DNA of 64,000 bases, taken from a virus. Taxonomy: Duplodnaviria > Caudoviricetes. The DNA lies in the IMG/VR virus record IMGVR_UViG_3300022589_000019, positions 5,169-69,168 of that record; one strand, given 5' to 3'. Under the pieces are notes generated by a model, which saw only the letters and a list, made by a program, of their open reading frames with translations, had not been told where the DNA came from and did no database searches. Shown piece after piece: positions 9,578 to 19,336 of this stretch. Each line of letters starts with the position of its first letter. Position 1 is the first letter of the stretch. The position numbers and the translations under genes were made by a program.

Positions 9578-11371
9578 TTAATCCTCTATTTTTTTAATTA
9601 CCTTACGTGCTTTATCTACGGGATACGGAGCGGTTATACGCATGTGTTGTGAAGTCGAAACAACTGTTGCTACAACTTCTTTTCCATCACTTCCAACAGG
9701 GACAAGAACTTTATCTCCGATTTTGATGTCGAGGTCACCGGTAAGATAGCTGTATGGCTGCCTTGTAGACTGGAAGAAAACAGAACAGAAATTATATACT
9801 GTTTTATCGGTTTCTGCTAAAGGGTCAGTACTAATGCTTGCCCGTTCACGGCGACGATCCTCTTGTTCTTTTCGACGAGCTTCTTGTTCTTCGGCCCTCT
9901 TTTGAGCAAGAGCTTCGGAATATTCAGCCTCCGTCTCATATGCATTTACATCAAGGCCGTATCGTTTGGCATCACTGTGCCATCTGCGCCATCGATACTT
10001 TTCCTCAAGTACCGCTTTGTTATATTCATCCTCGGTTTCATAATCCAAGGGATCTACATCATATTCGCTATTTGTATACTTTGTTCTCCAAGAAAAACGT
10101 CGAGTGTACTGATACTTTTCTTCCGAAGACTCCACAGAACGAATATAATGGTCAATTTCCTCAAGCATCTTCGGCAACACACGCTGGATGCGTTTATCGT
10201 TCATTTTCCTTACAATTGGAATGATGTAATGTTTGAAATTCTCCATTGTTTCGAGTTCTTCCCAATTGGAACAATCCGAAATAATGTAGTTGATGAAATT
10301 TTCTACATCCTTGCTCTTTAGCACAGGATTTAAAATAACCGCAGTGAAAATAACCTGCGCCTCTTTTGTCTTACCGGCTGAAAGAGCCGCAGTTATAAAC
10401 GAAACGATACCACAGGGCATTTCGGGATTTTGGCTTAAAAGACCTCTGCAGAAATCAATATCGTTTATAAGTTTTTCGGCAGCATATTCTCTAAATTCGG
10501 GCGGATACTCATCCACATCCGAAAGAAGGTGGTTATAAAGAATTCGGCCATTTTTCATGTACTTTTGATAGGGTCCAAATTCCTTGATACACCACGACCA
10601 TACATCAACCGCCAGTTTGGGATCTTCTTCTGCTAATTCCATAAAGACTTCCGGGAACCAAACCGTTGACTCCTCATCTTCATCCTCGAACGTAATCGGC
10701 AGATTAAAGTTCTCTTTAATAGCTTGTGCATACAAAAAGCCATCAAATGTGGTTAAGTATTTCGCAGCTATGCAACTGCCGGATAGTATGAAGTTAAAGC
10801 GCTCTGCTTCAGCCTCCGGTGATGATTCGGAAGGAATGTAGGGATTGCCGTGTTCCAATTCACATAGTCCATAAGCTGCCCTATATGACCGCTTGTTGAG
10901 GAAATCTGCCTCGTTAATAGCCTCAAGTTGCTCTTTGCCAGGATATGTAATTTCAAATGTCAGTTTCAACGGAATCGAGGCAACCGAAGCTTGAGATGAA
11001 TAAACCTCATCCTGCAAGTCATCATACGCCAACTTGGCTTCTTCAAGTGCTTCTAAATATTCTTCTTCGGTATCGTAGTCATCGGGGTCTATCCCATAAT
11101 CAGAACCATCTTCGCAGTAAAGTCTCCAATCGTGAACTGAAGATGCCTCATCATCGACAAATTCATCAAGGGTATCATCTTCCAAAGAATCATACAGAAG
11201 ACCGCTACCGCCGGAGAAGGAGTAGTCGTTGGAATTCTCTTTTTCTTCCTTCATGCACTCGTTGATAACCATATAGCCGAGCCATTCTTCGCCCAGGTCA
11301 GTTTTGCCATCACCGTTTACATCAAACATTCCGCCGAATGGTTGACCGAAAATATCATCGAAAAATCCCAT
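9578..11371 (-). CDS. Acidic repeat protein with N-terminal DxDGDG-like loop and C-terminal PriA-3'BD-like domain
   Basis: FDVNGDGKTD; three DPxxYETExEY repeats; YSYLTGDLDIKIGDKVLVPVG. Confidence 0.75.
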   Translation of the reverse strand: MGFFDDIFGQPFGGMFDVNGDGKTDLGEEWLGYMVINECMKEEKENSNDYSFSGGSGLLYDSLEDDTLDEFVDDEASSVHDWRLYCEDGSDYGIDPDDYDTEEEYLEALEEAKLAYDDLQDEVYSSQASVASIPLKLTFEITYPGKEQLEAINEADFLNKRSYRAAYGLCELEHGNPYIPSESSPEAEAERFNFILSGSCIAAKYLTTFDGFLYAQAIKENFNLPITFEDEDEESTVWFPEVFMELAEEDPKLAVDVWSWCIKEFGPYQKYMKNGRILYNHLLSDVDEYPPEFREYAAEKLINDIDFCRGLLSQNPEMPCGIVSFITAALSAGKTKEAQVIFTAVILNPVLKSKDVENFINYIISDCSNWEELETMENFKHYIIPIVRKMNDKRIQRVLPKMLEEIDHYIRSVESSEEKYQYTRRFSWRTKYTNSEYDVDPLDYETEDEYNKAVLEEKYRWRRWHSDAKRYGLDVNAYETEAEYSEALAQKRAEEQEARRKEQEDRRRERASISTDPLAETDKTVYNFCSVFFQSTRQPYSYLTGDLDIKIGDKVLVPVGSDGKEVVATVVSTSQHMRITAPYPVDKARKVIKKIED

Positions 11372-11402
11372 CGTAATACTCCTTTCTCAAGTTTTGCGAA
11401 AG

Positions 11403-12170
11403 TTAAAATCTTCTTCGTTTTCTAATTTCTTTGAACATAGTCAACATACTGTTGAATTTTGCGTCCATTGCGTGAAAGGTTAAGTCAAATTGGTCATCGT
11501 CGTCAAACACCTCTGACTTGATATATAGACGAATAATATAACTGCCATCGTATAACGAATTGTTTGTCATATCCTCAACAGTAATTCGGTTGAGGGCGGA
11601 AAATGGGTATATCTGTATGCAGCCAAATGTAGAGTAAAAGAATTTGCTCTGCATATCGCATCCCCAAAACACACCCTCGTGTTCATACTCATAAGTTGGG
11701 GTGATTGCGTGAACCGCCAGCTCGTTGTGAAGTTTTTTATGCAGAATCGGTAACATAACGTTTGCTATGGCTGTTACGGATGCCGTATCAAGCGGCAAGG
11801 AGCCTTCGACCATAGGACTTTTGCCAACAGACAGACTAACCGAATCCTGGTGCATAAAGGTAATGCAATCACGGAAGGTACCTACGGAGTGTAACCCCTC
11901 ATAGCTATATACTTTTCCGGTTTCATCCAGACCAAAGATGCGGCGTGTGTCATCAATGAAAAAGAAGTGTTGTCCGTTGTTGACGATGGCACGGGCATTG
12001 GGGCCAATGGTCTCCAAAAACTTCTGTCTGCGTTCAATATTCTCTTGGAAAACCTTGTTTCTTTTTTCAGTAGTAATGGCAAACACTACAACGAAGAACA
12101 GAACCACAATCAGAAGAACTATAAATATTTCCATACATTCACACCTTACTGCAAATAATTCTAACTTCAC
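11403..12170 (-). CDS. Hypothetical protein with N-terminal membrane anchor
   Basis: IFIVLLIVVLFFVVVFAI; the true start may be the second Met. Confidence 0.7.
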   Translation of the reverse strand: MKLELFAVRCECMEIFIVLLIVVLFFVVVFAITTEKRNKVFQENIERRQKFLETIGPNARAIVNNGQHFFFIDDTRRIFGLDETGKVYSYEGLHSVGTFRDCITFMHQDSVSLSVGKSPMVEGSLPLDTASVTAIANVMLPILHKKLHNELAVHAITPTYEYEHEGVFWGCDMQSKFFYSTFGCIQIYPFSALNRITVEDMTNNSLYDGSYIIRLYIKSEVFDDDDQFDLTFHAMDAKFNSMLTMFKEIRKRRRF

Positions 12171-12213
12171 TTTGGCAATTTAGGATATCACTACCTAAAT
12201 AATAACATGGTTA

Positions 12214-12233
12214 GTGTCCCATAAAACGGACTT
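12214..12233. promoter_or_regulatory. Operator-like box B, copy 1 (GTCC-N8-GGAC)
   Basis: gtgtcccataaaacggactt; minus-strand TATTAT exactly 9 nt downstream. Confidence 0.7.
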
Positions 12234-14019
12234 ACAGCGCATTTTTCTTCAAAATCTCAAATGCAGCTTTGATTTTTGAAGCCATTAGTTTTCTTCTCTC
12301 TACGAGGAAATCCTCATAGGACATATTTTCCCAGCCGTACGGAAGTGCGTTCTCTTCTTCCATAGCGCGAATCTGCTCATCTGTCATTCCGGCACAAACA
12401 ATTGGATAGTAAACCGAAGGAGCATCATCAAGGATGTCCATATTATCCTTCCAATCAATAAAGGCATAGTTTGCCATTTGATTGATTTTCGCATCGGTGT
12501 ATCCCTGGGACTTTAAATATGCCTTCGGGAAAAGATGGTGCTTTTCAAGAGATTTGCGGTTACCGTCCGTGCCAGGTTCAAACAGCTTGGAAGCCAGCAA
12601 ATTGCTCTTTGAGAAGAGAATCTTCGCATCCATAATGTTAAGTGATGCCACATAAGCATTCCAGGCATTATTACCGCGACCCGAAACCGCAAGTCCTTCA
12701 GAACCAACAAGAGTGATGTCAAAGTAGTCATTCGTCAAGCGTTCATTTACCCTGGACAGTATGAAATCTTTATACTCTTCCAATGTTGTGAAATTCTTGA
12801 TAATGTTCAGATGGTTCTCCACGGTAGATTCAAAGGAACCTGTGTACAGAGAAATCAGCGAAGCATAGAAGAACCACAGCGAGGTCAAATGCATATTCTC
12901 ATTGTAGGATGCATTGAAACGGTGCTTTGCAATCAAATACAATGCATACGAGAAGAATATGGCATTGCCAGAGAGAATGAGGTCGCCAGACAAATAACCC
13001 GCATTCATAATTGCCTTGATGAACTCGTGCCAACTATGTACATCGAGAACATCGGGCAATTTTTCTTTAAGGGTGTCAAAACGCTGAATACGGAGATTGT
13101 CATCCACAGCACCCTTCTTATCAAAGTCAGCACCACGAAGAAGTTTATATCCGTATTTCAAACGTGCTCTGTCAAAAGCGTATGCCATAACAACACGAAC
13201 TACATCCTGTGCCGTGATAGTTGTAAGCTGATTATAAGAGGTCGTTTTGCCCTTTGTGGGGAATGTAGACTCCTGGCTAAACTGCTCAATCTCACGGCGA
13301 CCTTCATCCCAATACAAAGATAAAAGCGTAAGGATAAAGTCATTCTGTTTCAAAGAAACACCGCCGGAGTTTACACGTACAAAAATCTCTGATACATCTT
13401 CCTCCTCGGCATTTGACTTGATATCAAATACCGGAAGCGTGTGGCTTTTAAGATTTACTACGCCATTGATGCGTTCAGCAATCAAACCTTGCTCCTCATC
13501 GGTGAGTGTAGAACCTTTGGATACTCTGTAATCACTCAAACGGGAAATAAAATCACCGATAAATTTGAAGGTGTTTGTCGAAGTGAAAAGATCACTGATA
13601 TTGTAGATCCATTCGGGGTCATTCTTGGTTGCCTGATAGCCAACCTCAAATTTATCCTGTAACGGACAATAGGAAATGATGATGCTCTTCTCATCAAACT
13701 TTGCGTTGATTACCTTTTTGCCCTTCATAACGGCATAAAGTGAGGTCAAACGCTGCTGACCATCAATGATTACCTCTTTCGGTGAATCGTAACTGTGAGC
13801 ATCAACACCGATGGATTTCTTTTTATCAAGAGCTGGACACTCCCATAGCATAAGGTATCCTATGGGGTATCCTCTCATCATTGAATCAAAAAGGTCACGA
13901 ACTTTAGAGTCCTTCCAAATGAAAGGACGCTGAAGTTCAGGCAAACCAAGTTCGCCCGTGTCGATTTTCTCAATAAGCTGATTAACAGTTAGAGTTGTAT
14001 TACTAAAAATTTCTTGCAT
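12232..14019 (-). CDS. GmrSD-family (DUF262 plus DUF1524-like HNH) modification-dependent restriction protein
   Basis: LPELQRPFIW, YPIGYLMLW, IIDGQQRLTSL, FVRVNSGG, C-terminal EKHHLFP...ANYAFI. Confidence 0.9.
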   Translation of the reverse strand: MQEIFSNTTLTVNQLIEKIDTGELGLPELQRPFIWKDSKVRDLFDSMMRGYPIGYLMLWECPALDKKKSIGVDAHSYDSPKEVIIDGQQRLTSLYAVMKGKKVINAKFDEKSIIISYCPLQDKFEVGYQATKNDPEWIYNISDLFTSTNTFKFIGDFISRLSDYRVSKGSTLTDEEQGLIAERINGVVNLKSHTLPVFDIKSNAEEEDVSEIFVRVNSGGVSLKQNDFILTLLSLYWDEGRREIEQFSQESTFPTKGKTTSYNQLTTITAQDVVRVVMAYAFDRARLKYGYKLLRGADFDKKGAVDDNLRIQRFDTLKEKLPDVLDVHSWHEFIKAIMNAGYLSGDLILSGNAIFFSYALYLIAKHRFNASYNENMHLTSLWFFYASLISLYTGSFESTVENHLNIIKNFTTLEEYKDFILSRVNERLTNDYFDITLVGSEGLAVSGRGNNAWNAYVASLNIMDAKILFSKSNLLASKLFEPGTDGNRKSLEKHHLFPKAYLKSQGYTDAKINQMANYAFIDWKDNMDILDDAPSVYYPIVCAGMTDEQIRAMEEENALPYGWENMSYEDFLVERRKLMASKIKAAFEILKKNAL

Positions 14020-14022
14020 TTA

Positions 14023-16950
14023 TTACTCTCCCTTCATCTTAAGGAAGCCCATCTTAAAGGCATCCGGGAAAATAAAGGTTTTTTCACCAACGGCAAAGGT
14101 AACACGGATGTGCTTCTGTGCCTTATCAATCTTGGTAACGGTGCCTTCACCAAAGGTCTTATGAACCACAACAGAGCCATCCTGAACGTCGGGAGCAACA
14201 AAGGCTTCTTCCTTCTTTTCTGCAGTAGCCTGTGTGGCGGGTTTTACACCATACTGTGCTGTAACCGAAGGAGTAATCGTTTTCGGTTTTGTAGTGGAGA
14301 TAGGTGTTGTATGCGAAGGAGTAGAAACAACGGTCTTCTTTGCAGGAACAGGAATGTCCTCAACAGCCGGAACCTCAAAAATAACAGGTGCTTCCATCGT
14401 TGCTTGTTGATTATAGAAGAGCTGGTCATACTCGGCACGTTTAATAACAGTATCCCAACCACCGATATCTTTGCCTTCGTGTTTATCAATTCCAGTATAA
14501 GAGAGGCTGGAATCCTCGTAACGCTTGAACTTAAAGATAGCATCGTTCATAAGGTTGGCATTGAAAACGCCCAACGAGCAAAGAAGCTCGAAGTCCTTAA
14601 CATCAAGACCTGTAACCTTCTTGAAAAGACCAGGTTCAAGCTGCGTAATAACATCCTTGAGGGAACGCTCACGATAATCGGTGAGGTACATAAATACCGG
14701 CACACGAGTAGCAAACTTAATGAGCTTCTCTTGGATCTTCTTACGCATAGATTTGTATTCTTTTTCTTCGTCGGAGAGTTCCTTCTTTTCCTTCGGAGTC
14801 TTTTCTCCGCCTTCCTTTTTCGCCTTCTTAACAGCTTCAGACTTGTTGATGATGGTCTGGATATCCTGGTTCAAGGAACGGAAGCCTTCAATACTCATCA
14901 AAGCATCCATAGCTTCTTTACTTGCCATAAGACGAGTAAGGGTGTCGTTATCAACATTAACGAGTAATGCAGACTCCCATCTCTTTGCGAGAAGAGTTGC
15001 GGAAGTGCCCGCCATCGCAATGTCAAGAACATCCTGGGCGCTGATTTGACGCATTGTACTACCGTCATAAGCAAGAACAGGCAGGAAGTTGATAAACTCG
15101 GCTACCTTCTTTTCAGGGTTAGCTTCGTTAACATCCAAACGACAGCTATAGTCGGAAATTTGGCGAAGAGCACGGTCAAGAGCAAAGTCAAAGACATAGC
15201 ACTCTTGTTTCATAATCTGTCTATTTCCGCCTTCATCGGTGATCTCCCACGGAGACTGTACACGGAATGCGGTCTGGAAGTAAGTTTCGGGAGACTTCAA
15301 ATTACGCAGCATAAATACACCCGTCCAAGGCTTAACGGTAACACCAGTGGTAAGTTTACCGCAAGAGAGCGTAATGGTCTGTGTCTTAAGAGGATCACCC
15401 ATAGAACGCTGCACGGGAGCAAGAGCATCAAGACCAATGCCCGCTTTGGTGCCGGCACAAACATTAATGACATAGCGTTCATTAAACCAAGCGTTCTGCT
15501 TTTGCATCATAAGGTTATACATAGCCTGGCAGGATGCAACATTCGGCAAGAACCACAAGGTATGAGAGAGTACATTGAGAAGTCGAGTATCAGAGTACGG
15601 CATAGGAGGACGCTTGTCCTGTCCCAATTTCATATCGTCAATATTGGAAGGAAGATAGGAACCACGGATAAGGTCAAGCCATTTCTGAACCTCGTTTTCA
15701 TATACGAATTTAGCTTCTTCGCCCTTACCTTTTGCAGAGAAGAACACATTGAGGTCAAACTCGTTAAATTCACCCTGCATTGCAATCTGTCGAATGCTGT
15801 CGGGGATACGATAAGTAAGCATAACCATACGAGGCAAAGCGAGATAAGGGTTGCCGGAGCCAATCCAGTTTTCCTTGGCTCTTTGCTCGTCGGAATATGT
15901 CCAGTTGTAAATTTGGTCTTCGATAAACTCACCGCTGTTAATAGCACGGAACGGTGTGCCGGAGAGGAACAAATAATGTCCTGTGGTAATGGGAAGGAAG
16001 GTTTCATTGTAGGCGTTGCCTGCTTCCTCCAATCCGTACTTCTCGGCATCGAAATCCGCTGCTTCTTCTTCATCGGGATTCTCGAACAGCTTCTTTGCAT
16101 TTTCGCGCCACGCACCAAAGTGGTACTCATCAAAAATAACGAGGTCCCAATTATCCGCATGGATGAATTCGTTCTTTGCTTTGATACCACCTGCATCATT
16201 AGTGCCAAGCAAATCCTGGAACGAACCAAACACAACGATGGGTTTGGATTTATCAGCGTGAGCATATTCGATATCAATGTTTACGTGGTCTCCGGCAGCA
16301 TCTTTGTTGGAGATAAACTGCCAACCATCAAAGTCCACATGGGTCATAAGATCCTCACGCCAAGCAGACTCAACAGCCGGCTTGAAGGTCAAAACAAGTA
16401 TGCGAGAAAATCCCATTTTCTTTGCAAGCTGATAAGATGCGAAGGTCTTGCCAAAACGCATCTTTGCATTCCAAAGAAACTTAGGCGCTCTATCCGGTTC
16501 TTCTTTTGCTGCGTAAGCAAAATACTCCATTGTGCGCTGAACCGCTTTGTGCTGTTCGGGACGCATCTTGAATGTTGCAGTGCGACTTGATTCGGTAATG
16601 ATACCCGTCTTAAGTTCTACAATAGCTGCCTTAACATCGTTAACAGTGCAGTTGTACCATTCGTTGTGGTCTTCGCCCTCGTTCATCTGCTTGAACCCTT
16701 TTCTGCGCAGGATTCTATGAACATCTTTATCTGTAAAGATAGATCCATCTGAACACATAGCAGATTCGGTGTACAAGATATTTGCCTTAAGACCACTTGT
16801 ATGCATCTGCTCGTTAATACGAGTTTCAGCATCACGGTCGGTATATCCCACCTTCACGAACCCGTTATGCGTAGTTACTTGAGGAAGGTTATATACATAA
16901 ATGGTCGGAGTTACAGAGGGACGTTGTGCGAAAAAATCAAAATTAGCCAT
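14023..16950 (-). CDS. Restriction-type GIY-YIG (T5orf172-like) nuclease-SF2 helicase with C-terminal Tudor-like domain
   Basis: N-terminal IYVY...VKVGYT...R...EWY; NAKMRFGKT, FDEYH, LSGTP, QTAFRVQ; C-terminal VVHKTFGEGTV. Confidence 0.85.
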   Translation of the reverse strand: MANFDFFAQRPSVTPTIYVYNLPQVTTHNGFVKVGYTDRDAETRINEQMHTSGLKANILYTESAMCSDGSIFTDKDVHRILRRKGFKQMNEGEDHNEWYNCTVNDVKAAIVELKTGIITESSRTATFKMRPEQHKAVQRTMEYFAYAAKEEPDRAPKFLWNAKMRFGKTFASYQLAKKMGFSRILVLTFKPAVESAWREDLMTHVDFDGWQFISNKDAAGDHVNIDIEYAHADKSKPIVVFGSFQDLLGTNDAGGIKAKNEFIHADNWDLVIFDEYHFGAWRENAKKLFENPDEEEAADFDAEKYGLEEAGNAYNETFLPITTGHYLFLSGTPFRAINSGEFIEDQIYNWTYSDEQRAKENWIGSGNPYLALPRMVMLTYRIPDSIRQIAMQGEFNEFDLNVFFSAKGKGEEAKFVYENEVQKWLDLIRGSYLPSNIDDMKLGQDKRPPMPYSDTRLLNVLSHTLWFLPNVASCQAMYNLMMQKQNAWFNERYVINVCAGTKAGIGLDALAPVQRSMGDPLKTQTITLSCGKLTTGVTVKPWTGVFMLRNLKSPETYFQTAFRVQSPWEITDEGGNRQIMKQECYVFDFALDRALRQISDYSCRLDVNEANPEKKVAEFINFLPVLAYDGSTMRQISAQDVLDIAMAGTSATLLAKRWESALLVNVDNDTLTRLMASKEAMDALMSIEGFRSLNQDIQTIINKSEAVKKAKKEGGEKTPKEKKELSDEEKEYKSMRKKIQEKLIKFATRVPVFMYLTDYRERSLKDVITQLEPGLFKKVTGLDVKDFELLCSLGVFNANLMNDAIFKFKRYEDSSLSYTGIDKHEGKDIGGWDTVIKRAEYDQLFYNQQATMEAPVIFEVPAVEDIPVPAKKTVVSTPSHTTPISTTKPKTITPSVTAQYGVKPATQATAEKKEEAFVAPDVQDGSVVVHKTFGEGTVTKIDKAQKHIRVTFAVGEKTFIFPDAFKMGFLKMKGE

Positions 16951-18504
16951 TTATATCTCCTCCCGCATTTTTTCTGCCCATACAGATGCCTCAATAAATG
17001 CAACTTCTTCCTTGGTGAATCCATATTTATCGTACAGTTCGGCATCTGTCCACGGTTTACTAAAGTCTTGCATAGGCACTAACTTATATACATGCTTGGC
17101 AGCAGCTTGTGTTATTTTCACAATAGATACAAGGAAATGGAAGAACTTCGTATTAACATAACTCATAACATTTTCAGCTTCTTCGAGGGTATCAAAGGGC
17201 CCAATTGCAGTATATGTTTCCGTACACACAGAATTTGGCTTACCAATAAAAGGATTCACCTTGTCTTTGTTTACGTTACCAACACCCCATGCCCTTGGAA
17301 CAAACACCTTATATTTGTCGATATATTCTTCACCCTTGCGAACAGTATCTCTTTTTGTATATCCAACACCCTTATCTCGCCAACCGAAATAATAGAACTC
17401 ACAAGAACCCTCAAACGGCTCCAGGGAGTATGTTGGGCGAACCCTAACGTAACTGTTCTCTACACGAACATCGTAACCAAACGGATCGTTCGCACTCATA
17501 ATTTCTCCAAAGAGCTTCTCTTCCTTTGCTTGCACTTTGTGAAGAATTTCTATTTGTCTACTGTCGCGAATAAAGATATTCATATCTTTTTCGAGCAGTT
17601 CTCGTTCAGATTCGAGAACGGAGTTATCGGGATAATGTGTGGATACTTTACAGCTGCCCTCGTTATCTCTATCCCAAAGGAAATAGCTGACACCGCCCTT
17701 TATCTCAACACCAGGGAAACACATTGATGCATCGGGATAATCGTGAATAACTCTTATACGTCTATCGTGGAGCATTTCGTCACGGAAATCATCCAATCCT
17801 CGTCCGCCTGTAAACCATCGTGAAGGAACAATCATTGTCAAATAGCGTGGAGAAAGTTTCTTTGCTTGACGAATAAATTTTTGATATATTGGCATTGCAC
17901 TTGCACCATGACCACCATCACTTAACTGATATGGCGGATTACTAATGATAACATCGAATTTCATTTTAAATATCTCCTCTGGTTTAGACATATGAATAAG
18001 CTCGTATGCGTGACTCTCTAAGTCATCAGCTCTATCATACTCTTTTTGATTTGCACCACAAAAAACACAGTTGCCATTGTTCCAGGTATGTTTGAGCTTT
18101 TTGAATCGAACATTTCCTTGCGCATCATCAAATAATGTTACAGAAAATTCGCTGTTTGGGTATTTAGAACAATACACACCGCGGCGAGAGAGAAGGCTTG
18201 TTAACTCCGTAATTGCAATGCCATAAAGTTGGTTGTGGAAGATGTGGTCAAGGCGCTCCTGTAAGTCAGGAAACTGTGGCTCAAGTCCAATAATCAAACG
18301 TTTTGCAATTTCTCGAAGAAAAACACCAGTCTTACAAGCAGGATCAAGGAATTTTGTATCAGGATTGCGGAATAATTCCTGCGGTAGTGAATCAAGCATT
18401 TGGTTCACTATTTCGGGAGGTGTAAACACCTCATCGTTAGAGAGGTTTGCTAAACAAGATAGTACATCCGGGTTATATACATTATCAAAAAGACCATTAG
18501 ACAT
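16951..18504 (-). CDS. Eco57I-like N6-adenine DNA methyltransferase (gamma class) with target recognition domain
   Basis: EVFTP, FLDPACKTGVFL, IISNPPY, C-terminal TRD-like region. Confidence 0.9.
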   Translation of the reverse strand: MSNGLFDNVYNPDVLSCLANLSNDEVFTPPEIVNQMLDSLPQELFRNPDTKFLDPACKTGVFLREIAKRLIIGLEPQFPDLQERLDHIFHNQLYGIAITELTSLLSRRGVYCSKYPNSEFSVTLFDDAQGNVRFKKLKHTWNNGNCVFCGANQKEYDRADDLESHAYELIHMSKPEEIFKMKFDVIISNPPYQLSDGGHGASAMPIYQKFIRQAKKLSPRYLTMIVPSRWFTGGRGLDDFRDEMLHDRRIRVIHDYPDASMCFPGVEIKGGVSYFLWDRDNEGSCKVSTHYPDNSVLESERELLEKDMNIFIRDSRQIEILHKVQAKEEKLFGEIMSANDPFGYDVRVENSYVRVRPTYSLEPFEGSCEFYYFGWRDKGVGYTKRDTVRKGEEYIDKYKVFVPRAWGVGNVNKDKVNPFIGKPNSVCTETYTAIGPFDTLEEAENVMSYVNTKFFHFLVSIVKITQAAAKHVYKLVPMQDFSKPWTDAELYDKYGFTKEEVAFIEASVWAEKMREEI

Positions 18505-19243
18505 TTTTCAAGTCCTCCTCAGTTATTGGTAAATGGAGATAGGCTTCTCTCCATCTGGTATCGTCTTCACTAATTCGTCTGTAGTGTGCGATGTATTGCT
18601 GTAGGAATTTTCCTTCATCGTCCGGCTCTTCCTCTTCGGGGTCAAAGAGAACAAGCTGTTCATCCTTTTTCTTTCTTTTCGGTTTCTCTTCCGTTGCGAG
18701 AAGTTCAGCAAAGGTGTAGTCTTTGCGTTGCATCCTCGCATCGTTGAACGGGAATGTCCATTCAGAGAAGATGATAGGAACATTCAGTTCGTGTCCCTCT
18801 CCGTCAACACAAAGAAGAGTTAATGCATTTCCGCATACGATGTTCAAACGAAGGATAAATCTTGCGGATTCTCTTGTTTGGTCATTGCATTCCTTTTTGC
18901 AAACCTTCTTGTATTCTTTATTCCAAATTTCAAACAAACGATCCTGGCAAGCGAGGACATTATCAAGCATAATGTCTACACCGTACATACTTCCCAGGGC
19001 AAGGAGAGAGTTTCTCTCCCAATCGTATGCACTTCGTCTGTATTTCTTTGTTACTATATCTAACTTGCGTTTGAGGATAACGGACAAGAAATTACCGTCA
19101 CCACACGCAGGCTCTAAAAATCGGCTGTCGATTCGTTCTGTTTCCTGTTTTACCAAATCGCACATAGCTTCAACTTCACGCTCGGCTGTAAACACCTCGC
19201 CGTGTTCCGCTACACGCTCTTTGGATTTTACCTGCTTTGTCAC
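18497..19243 (-). CDS. Short methyltransferase-like protein (SAM-binding half, no NPPY)
   Basis: KSKERVAEHGEVFT, FLEPACGDGNFL, YGVDI, NIVCGNAL; no N/D-PP-Y/F motif. Confidence 0.8.
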   Translation of the reverse strand: MTKQVKSKERVAEHGEVFTAEREVEAMCDLVKQETERIDSRFLEPACGDGNFLSVILKRKLDIVTKKYRRSAYDWERNSLLALGSMYGVDIMLDNVLACQDRLFEIWNKEYKKVCKKECNDQTRESARFILRLNIVCGNALTLLCVDGEGHELNVPIIFSEWTFPFNDARMQRKDYTFAELLATEEKPKRKKKDEQLVLFDPEEEEPDDEGKFLQQYIAHYRRISEDDTRWREAYLHLPITEEDLKNV

Positions 19244-19316
19244 AGTGCAATGCCACCTCTTTTCTCGAACTTCACTTTGTCAATTTTCATCGACCCATTA
19301 TATACTATCACACTAT

Positions 19317-19336
19317 GTGTCCCATAAACCGGACTT
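19317..19336. promoter_or_regulatory. Operator-like box B, copy 2
   Basis: gtgtcccataaaccggactt (19/20 match); minus-strand TAGTAT 9 nt downstream; upstream of the methyltransferase operon. Confidence 0.7.

Noticed and set aside
15046-16590. 514-aa plus-strand ORF (also 14014-14967)
   Set aside because: Antisense to the helicase-nuclease gene, with no recognisable protein features
340-19336. Integron-like attC cassette array in the cargo region
   Set aside because: No tyrosine integron integrase, and the boxes are short promoter-positioned palindromes rather than attC hairpins after every gene
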